This document shows, in pieces, positions 16,185-25,301 of a stretch of 32,000 nucleotides of DNA. Positions within the stretch are counted from its first letter, which is position 1, and each line of letters begins with the position of its first letter. This stretch comes from Aeropyrum pernix K1 (GTDB lineage: Archaea > Thermoproteota > Thermoprotei_A > Sulfolobales > Acidilobaceae): positions 1,560,001 through 1,592,000 of the forward strand of contig NC_000854.2 of NCBI RefSeq assembly GCF_000011125.1. The letters are read 5' to 3'. Under the pieces are notes generated by a model. It made no database searches and had not been told where the DNA came from. It saw nothing but the letters and a program-made list of their open reading frames with translations. A program made the translations under genes and the position numbers.

Positions 16185-17354
16185 TTAAGCCTCGCCTAGC
16201 GGGCTGCAGCTTCTGAACTCTAGCCTCACCGCCCTCCTGAGGTCCTCGTCAACGGGGAGGTGGTCGAATATACTGCCTGAGGACCTCTCCAGCTCCAGAT
16301 GGTCGACGAGCCACTTGTACCTACCACCTGCGAGGCCGCTGGCTACCAGGGCTGCACCTGACGCACCCTCCTTGGTTTTAGAACCGAGCCTCTCTATCGT
16401 CAGGACTCTCGGGGTGAGCCCGATCGAGGAAATAAAGTCTCTAAGCCTGCTCCTCAGCTCGCTGCCCAGCCTTCCCAGCGAGAACAGCCTGCCAGAGACA
16501 TAGACTCTAACCTCTCCTCCCTCAGGTCTAAGGGAGGGGAGCAGTGTTGCAACACTCTTCACCACGCCCTCCCCAAGCATCTCCAACGCCTCTAACCCAC
16601 CGCCCTCTGAAGCCTTCTCCTCCAACTCAACAGGCGATGAAACCCCCGCAACCCAGCCAGCACCACCTTTGAAGAGCAGGGACTTGGAGAACCTGGGCGC
16701 CACCGCCGCTAGGGCGTAGGCCGCCTCACCATCCATGGCCCCGCCCCCCATGAAGCCGTGGAAGCCGCTGGTCCCACCCACGCCGTCCACAACTTTACCC
16801 CCTACGACTGCCACGGCCGCTGTGTATGCCATACCAGCCTCGACGGCTATGAACCTCGCCGCCTCCGGTTCTACCCCGTGGTATTCAACCTCAGTCCTCA
16901 AAGCTGCGGCAACAGTGTACAGCTTATCCGCTGTCCCCATATCAATCCTACCCACTTTCCTCCAAGCTGGCACTGTGGGAAGGTGTATGACGCCCGGGGT
17001 GAACCATGCGGGGAGGTCGGAGGAGGCGAAGAGGGCCATGAGCCTCCTCAGCCCCACTATCCTGAGGCCGAGGACCTCGTCGCTGGAGTGTATAAATGTG
17101 GCCTCACAGATATCCCCTGGGGCTGTCTCGCTAGCCCGCTTCAAAGGCATACCATAGCCGCTCGGCGCCACTACGGCGTCGAGACCTCCTACTTTCGCGG
17201 AGGCCTCTTCTACGATCCTCAAAGGCAGGGATGGGTCACGGGTTACCTCGTCTCTAGGTATGGACTCCTCGAGAAAAACGTTGTTAGACTCGTCGTCAAA
17301 ACCCAGAACATCCATTGACCCCGTCCCAGGGTCTATCCCCACGACCTTGGGCAA
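16185..17354 (-). CDS. DUF1464 family protein (sugar-kinase/ASKHA-like fold)
   Basis: MPKVVGIDPGTGSMDVLGFDDE; GRIDMGTADKLYTVAAAL; GGTSGFHGFMGGGAMDGEAAYAL. Confidence 0.82.
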   Translation of the reverse strand: MPKVVGIDPGTGSMDVLGFDDESNNVFLEESIPRDEVTRDPSLPLRIVEEASAKVGGLDAVVAPSGYGMPLKRASETAPGDICEATFIHSSDEVLGLRIVGLRRLMALFASSDLPAWFTPGVIHLPTVPAWRKVGRIDMGTADKLYTVAAALRTEVEYHGVEPEAARFIAVEAGMAYTAAVAVVGGKVVDGVGGTSGFHGFMGGGAMDGEAAYALAAVAPRFSKSLLFKGGAGWVAGVSSPVELEEKASEGGGLEALEMLGEGVVKSVATLLPSLRPEGGEVRVYVSGRLFSLGRLGSELRSRLRDFISSIGLTPRVLTIERLGSKTKEGASGAALVASGLAGGRYKWLVDHLELERSSGSIFDHLPVDEDLRRAVRLEFRSCSPLGEA

Positions 17355-17444
17355 ACCGTGGACACCCCAACCAGAACCCGGTTTGACAGGCTAATAATAT
17401 GGTTCTATAGACACTGAGGAGAAGTTTTGGAGGTGTAGCAGTGG

Positions 17445-17912
17445 TTGACGCTGATAGTCTTCTTCAGGCATGGAAAGGCTGAGCCTAAGATGCCGGGTGT
17501 TGACGATAGAGAGAGGAGGCTTACAGAGGAGGGTGCCGCGGATGTTGAGTGCGCGGCACGGCTCCTCCGCGGAAGGGGGGTTGTGAGGATATTAACCTCC
17601 CCCTATCGAAGAGCTATTCAGACGGCCGAGATCCTGGCCAGGACACTGGACCTTGAATACTCCGTTGTCGAATGGCTGGCCCCAGACTCTGGTATCTCCG
17701 TGGAGGACCTCCCTAGACTTGGGGTGGGGGACGGTTATGTTCTAGTCGGGCATAATCCCTGGATGGAGGACACGGTAACCGAGCTTGCAGGCGGGTTTCT
17801 AGAGCTAAAAGCCGGGGGATTCGCTGTAGTCGAGGTTGAGTCTTTCAAGGCAGGAGGAGGCAAACTACTATCCCTCGTGAACCCGGGAGTAATCAGCATA
17901 TGCCAGAGGTGA
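17445..17912 (+). CDS. Histidine phosphatase superfamily, SixA-like
   Basis: IVFFRHGKAEPK (RHG), LTSPYRRAIQTAEILAR, VLVGHNPWMEDTV. Confidence 0.88.
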   Translation: MTLIVFFRHGKAEPKMPGVDDRERRLTEEGAADVECAARLLRGRGVVRILTSPYRRAIQTAEILARTLDLEYSVVEWLAPDSGISVEDLPRLGVGDGYVLVGHNPWMEDTVTELAGGFLELKAGGFAVVEVESFKAGGGKLLSLVNPGVISICQR

Positions 17913-18475
17913 CTACAGGCTTGACCCGGGAGAGGGGGCCAGGCCTTTGGATAGTGCTGCTAGGCATTCTACTTGGAGGAGCCGTGTTTCTGGCTGGTTC
18001 ATTAGCAGGTTATATAAAGCCAAACTACAGCCTCCTGGAGAATGTTTCGGAGAAGGCGGGCCTTATCATGAGGCTTCCGCCATTACTAAGACCGCTCGGT
18101 ATATTCCTGAATAACATTGTCGCGGCCACTCTCACCTACATACTGACAATTGTACTAATAATACCGGGTATCTCGGTTATCGCTCTAAACGGTTACATCG
18201 TGGGGAGTGCTGTCAGGTACGCAGTAGAGGAGGGTGGACTAAGCCTTCTCACAGCCCTCCTCCTCATAATACCGCATGGAATCCTGGAGATACCAGCTTT
18301 CCTGGCGGCGGTCGGCTTCGGCATGAGATGCCTAGCCTACTGCAGGGGGGTGAGGAGGGTTATCGAGAACACCCTCTCGATGTACGCAGTAACCGCCCCA
18401 CTGCTTCTTATAGCAGCGTTCATCGAGATCTTCGTAACACCCGTTATAGCTGGGGTAGGGGGGCTTGGCGGCTGA
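17900..18475 (+). CDS. SpoIIM-like (DUF95) integral membrane protein
   Basis: FLAGSLAGYIKPNY...LGIFLNNIVAATLTYIL...ALNGYIVGSAVRYAVEEGGLSLLTALLLIIPHGILEIPAFLAAVGFGMR. Confidence 0.85.
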   Translation: MPEVTTGLTRERGPGLWIVLLGILLGGAVFLAGSLAGYIKPNYSLLENVSEKAGLIMRLPPLLRPLGIFLNNIVAATLTYILTIVLIIPGISVIALNGYIVGSAVRYAVEEGGLSLLTALLLIIPHGILEIPAFLAAVGFGMRCLAYCRGVRRVIENTLSMYAVTAPLLLIAAFIEIFVTPVIAGVGGLGG

Positions 18476-19274
18476 TGACTGTAGTATAGTGGCGCAAGGC
18501 TGCCCCGCAGTATTGATAGCAGAGTCCGCCAAAGGCGAGAGGAGGAGTTATTACGTAAGGGTTTCAGAAGGCTCAGCCTACTCAACTATAGCTGGCGTAG
18601 TCACAGGCCGAAGTATACTGGGGAAACCGTGGGGGGTGATACTGCGGAGCAGGCTCGGGACTATCGCTGTTGTAAAGCCCAGCCTCGCCGAACTTATGGA
18701 GGGGTTCTACGAGAGGAGGACGCAGGTCATCTACCCTAAGGACTCTGGTATGATAGCGGTTCTCGTCGGGGCCAGGCCGGGAGCTAGGCTTCTAGAGGCG
18801 GGGGTCGGGAGCGGTTTCATGACAACAGTTCTCGCAATGGGCCTCTGCCCCACTGGCAGGTTGATAGGGTTGGAGGTTAGGAGTGAAAACCTAGAAACCG
18901 CTAGAAGGAACCTGGAAGCTGCTGGACTGCTCGACTGCGTTGACCTCAGGCTAGGCGATGTTAGGAACCCCGCGAGCGTCGAGGGCTTGGGCCCTTTCGA
19001 CGGCGTGGTGCTGGACATGCCTGATCCGTGGAGAGCTCTGGAGAGCATCTCGGGCGAGGTGAAGCCGAGCGCAGTGGCAGTGGTTTTCGTCCCAACGTCA
19101 ACACAGCTCGAAAAGCTCATTACAAACATGCCAGGCGGGTGGGTTTTGCAGGGGGCCTTTGAGACTATGGCCCGAACAGTGTTGATGTCCCCTGGAGCCG
19201 TTCGGCCGGGCGAGTGGCTTGCTGGCTTCACAGGATATATAGTGGTTCTACGTAGGGTTGTTGAAACCCAGTGA
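18465..19274 (+). CDS. trmI: tRNA (adenine-N1)-methyltransferase, TrmI family
   Basis: KPSLAELMEGFYERRTQVIYPKDSGMIAVLVGARPGARLLEAGVGSGFMTTVLAMGLCPTGRLIGLEVRSENLETARRNLE; VVLDMPDPWRALE. Confidence 0.88.
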   Translation: MAADDCSIVAQGCPAVLIAESAKGERRSYYVRVSEGSAYSTIAGVVTGRSILGKPWGVILRSRLGTIAVVKPSLAELMEGFYERRTQVIYPKDSGMIAVLVGARPGARLLEAGVGSGFMTTVLAMGLCPTGRLIGLEVRSENLETARRNLEAAGLLDCVDLRLGDVRNPASVEGLGPFDGVVLDMPDPWRALESISGEVKPSAVAVVFVPTSTQLEKLITNMPGGWVLQGAFETMARTVLMSPGAVRPGEWLAGFTGYIVVLRRVVETQ

Positions 19275-19351
19275 AGGCGAAGAGTTCGGTAGCCTCCATG
19301 CTATCGCTAAAAATAATATTCCTGCGCAGAACTGCTAAGTCATGTGGGTGA

Positions 19352-19804
19352 ATGCTCATGGTTGTCTTCATAAGGAAGAGAAGGAAAATTCCTGTTCGTG
19401 CTAGCGATATCATGATAACAGAGGTTGTGACTGTCAAGCCCGACGACCCCGTGACGCGTGCGGCCAAGCTTATGGTAGAGAACCTGATAGGAAGTGTGCT
19501 CGTTGTTGATGATGAGGGTAGGCTACGTGGCATAGTAACTGAGAGAGACATAGTCTACGTTGTCAGTGAGGCGTGGGACCCAACTAAACACAGGGTCTGG
19601 GAGATAATGACCGAGAACCCGATAGTGGTTAGGCCTGACGACGACTTGCTAACGGTTGTGAGGAAGATGAGTGAGACGAATGTGAGACACCTACCGGTGG
19701 TTGACGAGAAAGGAGCCCCTGTAGGTATAATAAGCTTCAGGGACGTCTTGGACTTCCTAATGTCGGTGCTAGGCCTTGCCCTGGGTATGGCCCTGGAAAG
19801 GTAG
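19352..19804 (+). CDS. CBS-domain protein (two CBS motifs)
   Basis: VRASDIMITEVVTVKPDDPVTRAAKLMVENLIGSVLVVDDEGRLRGIVTERDIV and VWEIMTENPIVVRPDDDLLTVVRKMSETNVRHLPVVDEKGAPVGIISFRDVL. Confidence 0.94.
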   Translation: MLMVVFIRKRRKIPVRASDIMITEVVTVKPDDPVTRAAKLMVENLIGSVLVVDDEGRLRGIVTERDIVYVVSEAWDPTKHRVWEIMTENPIVVRPDDDLLTVVRKMSETNVRHLPVVDEKGAPVGIISFRDVLDFLMSVLGLALGMALER

Positions 19805-19862
19805 GCATTAGGTTTACCGTGGGGCTAATGGAAACCGTTCTTACTTAAAACACTATTCAATT

Positions 19863-19902
19863 TTAACAGGGGTTAAAGCCTGTATCCCCCATTACCTGTT
19901 AA
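19863..19902. promoter_or_regulatory. Inverted repeat ttaacagg...cctgttaa just upstream of the FTR1 gene; candidate operator
   Basis: Perfect 8-bp arms at 19863..19870 and 19895..19902, immediately before GTG 19905. Confidence 0.35.
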
Positions 19903-19904
19903 CG

Positions 19905-20744
19905 GTGTTAAACTTGAGCGAGGCGCTTGCCACGGGCCTGGTAGCATTTAGAGAGGCTTTCGAGGCTATACTGCTGAGCACCATAATAATTATGCTGCTA
20001 AAGAAGATGGGGGAGCACGGCAAGATTAAGATAGTGTATACGACGGCAATCCTGAGCGTCGTTCTAGGTGTTGCACTTGGCGCCGGAATTTACACAATAT
20101 TCAGGGGCTTCCCGGAGAAGGAGCTGGTGGAGGCTGGCATGTCATACCTTGCTGCCATGGTAATAGGCACTGTAATAGTCTGGGGAGTCAGGCATGGTCC
20201 AAAGATTAAGGGTGAGATTGAGGCGAAGCTCGCCTCCAGCCTCTCGGCCAAGGCTGTAGCCGTTGTAACCTTCATCTTCGTGTTTCGGGAGGTGTTTGAA
20301 ACAGTACTCATAACAGCCCCCTTCCTAGTCTCAAACCCATCATCAAATATTCTAGGGGTTAGCGGAGGCACTCTTGGAGCTCTCGCTCTGGGAGTAGCTG
20401 TTTACTGGCTAGGCATGAGGATAAACCTAAGAACATTCTTCCTAGGCACATCTATACTCCTTGCATTCGTTGCATCAGGCCTGGTGGGCTATGGAACCCA
20501 TGAGCTGCTAGAGTGGTTTGAGGAGGAGGGTATAAAGCTTGGTGTGCTGGGCAAGAAGATACAGTTGCTGAACGTCGGCGAGAACAGCCTATTGCACCCG
20601 AAGAATGCTATTGGAGGTCTGCTGTCTGTTATGGTGGGATATTATCACTACATGGAGATAGCGAGAATAATTCTTCAGGGATCAACGCTGCTGTTGCTTC
20701 TAGCCTACATCATAGCAGCCTACAAACCATTTGGTAAATTCTAA
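19905..20744 (+). CDS. FTR1-family iron permease
   Basis: Multiple TMs with two REXXE motifs: ATGLVAFREAFEAILLSTI and VVTFIFVFREVFETVLITAPF. Confidence 0.92.
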   Translation: MLNLSEALATGLVAFREAFEAILLSTIIIMLLKKMGEHGKIKIVYTTAILSVVLGVALGAGIYTIFRGFPEKELVEAGMSYLAAMVIGTVIVWGVRHGPKIKGEIEAKLASSLSAKAVAVVTFIFVFREVFETVLITAPFLVSNPSSNILGVSGGTLGALALGVAVYWLGMRINLRTFFLGTSILLAFVASGLVGYGTHELLEWFEEEGIKLGVLGKKIQLLNVGENSLLHPKNAIGGLLSVMVGYYHYMEIARIILQGSTLLLLLAYIIAAYKPFGKF

Positions 20745-20860
20745 TAGCCCTTACTCAAAGATATTCCCTGTCTACATGAAGGATCAAAGACAGCAAGATA
20801 ATGAAGCTAGCCTCTTTTAACATAGGGGAACTTCATAGCCTGCCCGCGGAAACGCTAGGT

Positions 20861-21694
20861 TTATTGACTAAGAGCCTTAGATATGGTCTCTACAATATCC
20901 TCGCCGTTTGACCCGTAGAGCCTGTGAAGACTCCTCCTTAGCCTCGCTAGTATTGCCAATGTTGCCACAAACTGGAGTGTAAAACCCATGAAACCAAGCA
21001 GGCCGATGACAATGCCTAAGATATGGATTATTGGCGAAGCCAACAGTATATAGAAGGGTAGCCTGCTCTTAATTCGAGCTAGCTTGAGCGTGTTTTCTAT
21101 GTTAAATGCGTACAGGGATAAAGCTATAATGTATACTATGTTCCCCGCAAGATAGACCATCGTGCCTGCTCCGGTATATACCGTTAGGAGCCCTATAACC
21201 ACCATTGCCGAGGATACTAGGAAGAGATACCCAGATAGCCCCGGGAGCATGGGGTTAGCCCCTGATATCGCCGCCACGAGGAATGAGGATCTGGCGTAGA
21301 CAACCATCCTATACAGATAATAAATCCAGAGAGCTACAGCAAGCAAAACAAGGTTCAGGAACATAAGGGCGATAAACGTCTCTACAAAGCCCAGCGAGAT
21401 AACCTTCGGGAGAAGCCATGCAAGACTCGAGGGAACCAGCGCCAGGTAGTTGGGCGCGCTACCCGGGTCGAACCCCCATAATGCCATTGCTGCAACCACT
21501 ACGGAGAAGAGGGAGAAAGACCACACCAGGCCCGCCAGGGAACTGTAGAGAAAGTATTTTAAACCTGCAGCAGTTAGGCCTATGTAGATGTTTCTGTAGA
21601 ACTCGGTATAGTAAGACTCTGTCTCAAGCTCGGCCTTTGAGGCGAGCTCCCAACAGTTCTCGCCTCTGCATTGGCTTGCCTCAACCCTGCTCAA
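20861..21694 (-). CDS. Hypothetical multi-pass membrane protein (TTG start)
   Basis: 277-aa ORF with about 6 hydrophobic segments and a hydrophilic Cys-containing N-terminus; supported by ORF length and intergenic context. Confidence 0.72.
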   Translation of the reverse strand: MSRVEASQCRGENCWELASKAELETESYYTEFYRNIYIGLTAAGLKYFLYSSLAGLVWSFSLFSVVVAAMALWGFDPGSAPNYLALVPSSLAWLLPKVISLGFVETFIALMFLNLVLLAVALWIYYLYRMVVYARSSFLVAAISGANPMLPGLSGYLFLVSSAMVVIGLLTVYTGAGTMVYLAGNIVYIIALSLYAFNIENTLKLARIKSRLPFYILLASPIIHILGIVIGLLGFMGFTLQFVATLAILARLRRSLHRLYGSNGEDIVETISKALSQ

Positions 21695-21725
21695 GAGTAG
21701 CCCCTACTGTAAACAGTATAGTTGT

Positions 21726-21737
21726 TCAATCGATTGA
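21726..21737. promoter_or_regulatory. Perfect 12-bp palindrome tcaatcgattga upstream of the 20861..21694 gene
   Basis: Located 32 bp upstream of the TTG 21694 start. Confidence 0.3.
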
Positions 21738-21849
21738 GCTATTTTCACAACGTTATACGCCCTCACGGGCCTTCTCTTTTAAATCCTTCACAAATAAAGA
21801 ATAGCCCTTTTTCCCCGCCTTTTAACTGCTTTAGCTTCACCGCATTCTT

Positions 21850-23502
21850 TCAGCTACACATCCACCCCCTCTCTCCCGTGAGACCTTCCAGGTTGGCTAC
21901 AGCCTCTACTACACTCCTTTTTGAATGTCGAGAGAGGGGGACCGGAACGGCCTCAACACTCCTGCCTGAATGCACGCCTGTAACCAAAACCCTATCCAGA
22001 AATGTCCCCCGGGGCAATCTACACTTAACCGCTGCTATAAGGGGATAGCTTCCAGGCTGTCTGGAATAGCAGATGCTATCCACGCACTCTTCCACCCATA
22101 GGCCTCGAAGCACGGTACCCCTGGGGGCAACCATGGAGAGCATTTTAGGGTCGAAGACGCTCCTCACCCACTTAACGAAGCTGGAGGCGAGCTTCTCTCT
22201 CTTACCACCTAACCCGGCTCCCATTCTGTATGCCCTAGCAACCGGGAGTACAAGTATCCTCCTTACATTGACTCTCCTAACGAGGAGCCTCTCATTAAGC
22301 AGAGTCTCAAGGAACTCCCGGTTCAGCCTGTAAGTCTCGCTCCTCTCTCCGGGCAAGCCTAGAATAAAGTTTATACCGGGTAGTAGATGGGGCATGCCGT
22401 TCCAGCCGCGGGCAGCGCCAACCCTGTTTACTATTCTCACAGCCTCAAGCACGTCCTCAGGGTGGGTGTTGAGATTGTTTATCCTGGCAACCTTTGGGTC
22501 AGCGGTCTCAAGACCCATTGCCGCAACATCCCCTGGGGTATGCAGCTTTACTATAACCTTCAACGCCTTCTCCGATGCTACCGGATACCTTACTATGGTT
22601 CCAGGGTTCACATTGTCTATATGCAGGACCCTTAATCCGGGGGCTGCGCTCCTGACCCCCGTGAAGAGCTTCTCCAACTCCCTGGGATTTGGGGGCGGCC
22701 ACTCCTCACTGTCGAGTGCGGGAGAACCATACACTAGGATATCTGCTTGCCTACCAAGCCTGAAGTGTAGGACGCCTGCCCGGTACAGCGCCTCTACCTC
22801 CCGTGCTATAGCTTCTGGGCGCCTCTGTATGGGCCTACCCCTGAGCGGTTCGACGCAGAAGCTACAGCCGCCGGATACCCAGCGAGCGCATCCCCTGTAA
22901 GTTTCTATCTCGGCCACAAGGTTGCGGCCATAGCTGGGGTGGTGCTTCACGATTCTTGCTCCAAGGGGGGCCACCTTGTCGACAATGCTGTAATCCTCTC
23001 TTACACTGCCTGGATCCGCCTTCTCAGCACCATAAAGCGCCAGGTCAAGGAAGTACTCCTCCACATCGCCTGTAACAAGGACGTCGAAACCCTCTCTCTT
23101 AAACTTCCATGGAGGATACGCTATAGACCCGCCCCTGACGCCTAGCCCCCATTTGGCAGCCGGGCCAGCCAGTATCTTAAGCGGGCCCTCAATTATCTTA
23201 GCCCACATAATAAGCTCCTCAGGCTCAGCAGGCCTGGCACCTATATACCTTCCTGGGACGACGACGCCGGCTATGAAGACTACTGCATCATACGTAGATG
23301 CTCGATAGAGCCAATTCTTGTTCTCCCTGAACCTATCGACGTCAACATAGTCCACCCGAATGCTCTTATCAACACTCCACAGAGCCCCCGCAATGTACCG
23401 GGGGTACACGTCGATGTAAGGCGGCACTCCCAGCCCTCCAGGCTCGTCGTTATAGCCGTCAACTATGAGCAGTTTCTCCAAACCCATAGCAAAACTCCCC
23501 AT
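21850..23502 (-). CDS. Radical SAM protein with an N-terminal B12-binding-like region
   Basis: AEIETYRGCARWVSGGCSFCVEPLRGRPIQRRPEAIAREVEALYRAGVLHFRLGRQADILVY; later GLETADPKVARINNLNT and LLPGINFILGLPGE. Confidence 0.87.
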   Translation of the reverse strand: MGSFAMGLEKLLIVDGYNDEPGGLGVPPYIDVYPRYIAGALWSVDKSIRVDYVDVDRFRENKNWLYRASTYDAVVFIAGVVVPGRYIGARPAEPEELIMWAKIIEGPLKILAGPAAKWGLGVRGGSIAYPPWKFKREGFDVLVTGDVEEYFLDLALYGAEKADPGSVREDYSIVDKVAPLGARIVKHHPSYGRNLVAEIETYRGCARWVSGGCSFCVEPLRGRPIQRRPEAIAREVEALYRAGVLHFRLGRQADILVYGSPALDSEEWPPPNPRELEKLFTGVRSAAPGLRVLHIDNVNPGTIVRYPVASEKALKVIVKLHTPGDVAAMGLETADPKVARINNLNTHPEDVLEAVRIVNRVGAARGWNGMPHLLPGINFILGLPGERSETYRLNREFLETLLNERLLVRRVNVRRILVLPVARAYRMGAGLGGKREKLASSFVKWVRSVFDPKMLSMVAPRGTVLRGLWVEECVDSICYSRQPGSYPLIAAVKCRLPRGTFLDRVLVTGVHSGRSVEAVPVPLSRHSKRSVVEAVANLEGLTGERGWMCS

Positions 23503-23534
23503 AAGGTGCTACAACATCACCGGACCCTTCCAGA

Positions 23535-23544
23535 CATTATATAG
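23535..23544 (-). promoter_or_regulatory. Candidate TATA element of the radical SAM gene
   Basis: ctatataatg on the minus strand, about 35 bp upstream of ATG 23502; predicts a very short 5' leader. Confidence 0.5.
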
Positions 23545-23607
23545 AGGCTCCGAGGGCGTGATATTTCTGTAATTAATATAACATGGCAAGTAGGATATGG
23601 CCGGGTT

Positions 23608-24069
23608 TTATCCCTGTAGCAGGTTCAACTCTTCAAGATACTCCTCGATGAGCTTTTCAACCCCTCTAAGCGTGTCGAGGACCTCCCCTGCCTCCTCAGG
23701 AGTTATCTCGTGCCTGTCACCCCAGAAGCTCCTGGGAGGCCCCCATCTGGGTATGACGTGGACGTGGAAGTGGAATATTATCTGGCCAGCATACCTGCCG
23801 CTGTTAGTCAACACGTTTACCGCTGGCGCTCCAGCCTTTTCCCTGTAATATCGTGCTATGGCAGAGGCAGCTAGCCAGACCTTCGCCGCCACCCTCGGAG
23901 GCGCCGTATGGATACTCTCATAATGCTCGTCGGGCACTACGAGCAGGTGCCCCTTTGAGGCGGGATACCTGTCAAGGAAAACTGTGACCCCGTTTCCCTT
24001 GTAAACCGTGTACGCCTCCGCCTCGCCCTTCACAATCCTACAGAATATACACTCCACCCCGGCCACCAT
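23608..24069 (-). CDS. HIT-family hydrolase
   Basis: CIFCRIVKGE...VFLDRYPASKGHLLVVPDEHYESIH...NVLTNSGRYAGQIIFHFHVHVIPRW (HxHxH). Confidence 0.95.
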   Translation of the reverse strand: MVAGVECIFCRIVKGEAEAYTVYKGNGVTVFLDRYPASKGHLLVVPDEHYESIHTAPPRVAAKVWLAASAIARYYREKAGAPAVNVLTNSGRYAGQIIFHFHVHVIPRWGPPRSFWGDRHEITPEEAGEVLDTLRGVEKLIEEYLEELNLLQG

Positions 24070-24169
24070 ACACCCCCTCCGAAGACCAGCCTCATATTTA
24101 TTAGGCCATATATTTGACCGTCAGCTGCGAAGCACTATAACGGGCCCCCTAGACCCCGGGGGCGTGGGG

Positions 24170-24610
24170 GTGATCAGGGTGGAGATAGACCCCGAGCTAA
24201 GAGAGATACTGAGGAAGAAAGCTGCAAGCATTGTTGTAGAAGCCAGTACCTGCTGCAGGATAGACTATGAGGGTCCTGTGGCCGAGGTCCTCGACCCCAG
24301 GGAGCTGAGGGAGATGCTGGATAATTGCAGAGTTGTCATAGCCTTTTTCTACACTCCCACGTGCCCGTACTGTCGGATGCTGAAGCCTGTTTTCGAGGAG
24401 GCGGCGAGATTCTATAGAGGTAAGGCGCTCTTCGCAGCAGTTAATCTAGCGAGATTCCCGTTCATGAGCGACGCCCTCGGCATAATGGGCACCCCTACTA
24501 TAATAGCGTTTGTGAGGGGTAGAGAAGCAGGCAGGCTAGTGGGGCTTATGCCGCCCGAAAGGCTGGAAGCCTTTGTAGAGGCGGTCCTCGACGCCGGGGG
24601 CTGCGTCTAG
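24170..24610 (+). CDS. Thioredoxin-like protein with an N-terminal extension
   Basis: VVIAFFYTPTCPYCRMLKPVFEEAARFYRGKALFAAVNLARFPFMSDALGIMGTPTIIAFVRGRE: CPYC active site and cis-Pro region. The track start (24008) overlaps the HIT gene; GTG 24170 (MIRVEIDPELREI) is preferred. Confidence 0.85.
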   Translation: MIRVEIDPELREILRKKAASIVVEASTCCRIDYEGPVAEVLDPRELREMLDNCRVVIAFFYTPTCPYCRMLKPVFEEAARFYRGKALFAAVNLARFPFMSDALGIMGTPTIIAFVRGREAGRLVGLMPPERLEAFVEAVLDAGGCV

Positions 24611-24633
24611 CAACCCCCTGGGGGGCCCTTATC

Positions 24634-25233
24634 ATGGCTGACCTATATACTGTTGTATCATCGATAATACTCCTCTTCATAGTTCTCGACCCCGTAGGCG
24701 TTTCGCCCTACGTAGCCTCTATAGTGGCGCGTAGGCCTGAGGGAGAGAGGGAGAGGATAGTTAGGACAGCTCTCGCGAGCGCCGGGGCGATTTTGGTGGC
24801 ATTCACCCTGATAGGTGTGGCTGTGCTAGACATACTTGGCGTGTCTATGGACGAGTTTAAAGTAGCCGCTGGCCTTCTCCTCCTGATATATGCCACTGCA
24901 GACCTCTTCGAAATAAAGATAGGCTACTCTGAGCCCTCCGGCGACGAGGTTGCGATATTCCCGCTCGCAACCCCCCTTCTTGCAGGTCCTGGCAGCATAG
25001 CTACTGTGATGTACATTATGGGCTCTAGTGGAATAGCCGTTGCCCTGATAGCGATACTGGTTAACCTAGTTCTAGCATATCCCATACTCCACGCTAGCCT
25101 AAAGCTCGTGCGCCTATTGGGGAGACACGGCTCTCTGCTGGTGGCCAAGTTCACCGCGTTCCTAATGGTGGGATTCGCAGTCTCCATCATATTTGACGGT
25201 CTACGGGGAATAGTTCCAGGCGTCTTCTCATAA
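24634..25233 (+). CDS. MarC-family integral membrane protein
   Basis: LFIVLDPVGVSPYVASIVARRPEGERERIVRTALASAGAILVAFTLIGVAVLDILGVSMDEFKVAAGLLLLIYA; PLATPLLAGPGSIATVMYIMG. Confidence 0.9.
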   Translation: MADLYTVVSSIILLFIVLDPVGVSPYVASIVARRPEGERERIVRTALASAGAILVAFTLIGVAVLDILGVSMDEFKVAAGLLLLIYATADLFEIKIGYSEPSGDEVAIFPLATPLLAGPGSIATVMYIMGSSGIAVALIAILVNLVLAYPILHASLKLVRLLGRHGSLLVAKFTAFLMVGFAVSIIFDGLRGIVPGVFS

Positions 25234-25301
25234 CTACCGATCTCACAGTACAACAACATACATGATGGGCGGATTATACCCTAGTCTTGAGGTGAGATCA
25301 G

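Noticed and set aside
16758-17318. 186-aa plus-strand ORF within the DUF1464 gene
   Set aside because: Antisense to a conserved protein and compositionally unconvincing.
22394-22900. 168-aa plus-strand ORF opposite the radical SAM gene
   Set aside because: Shadow ORF; the minus strand carries the motif-bearing gene.
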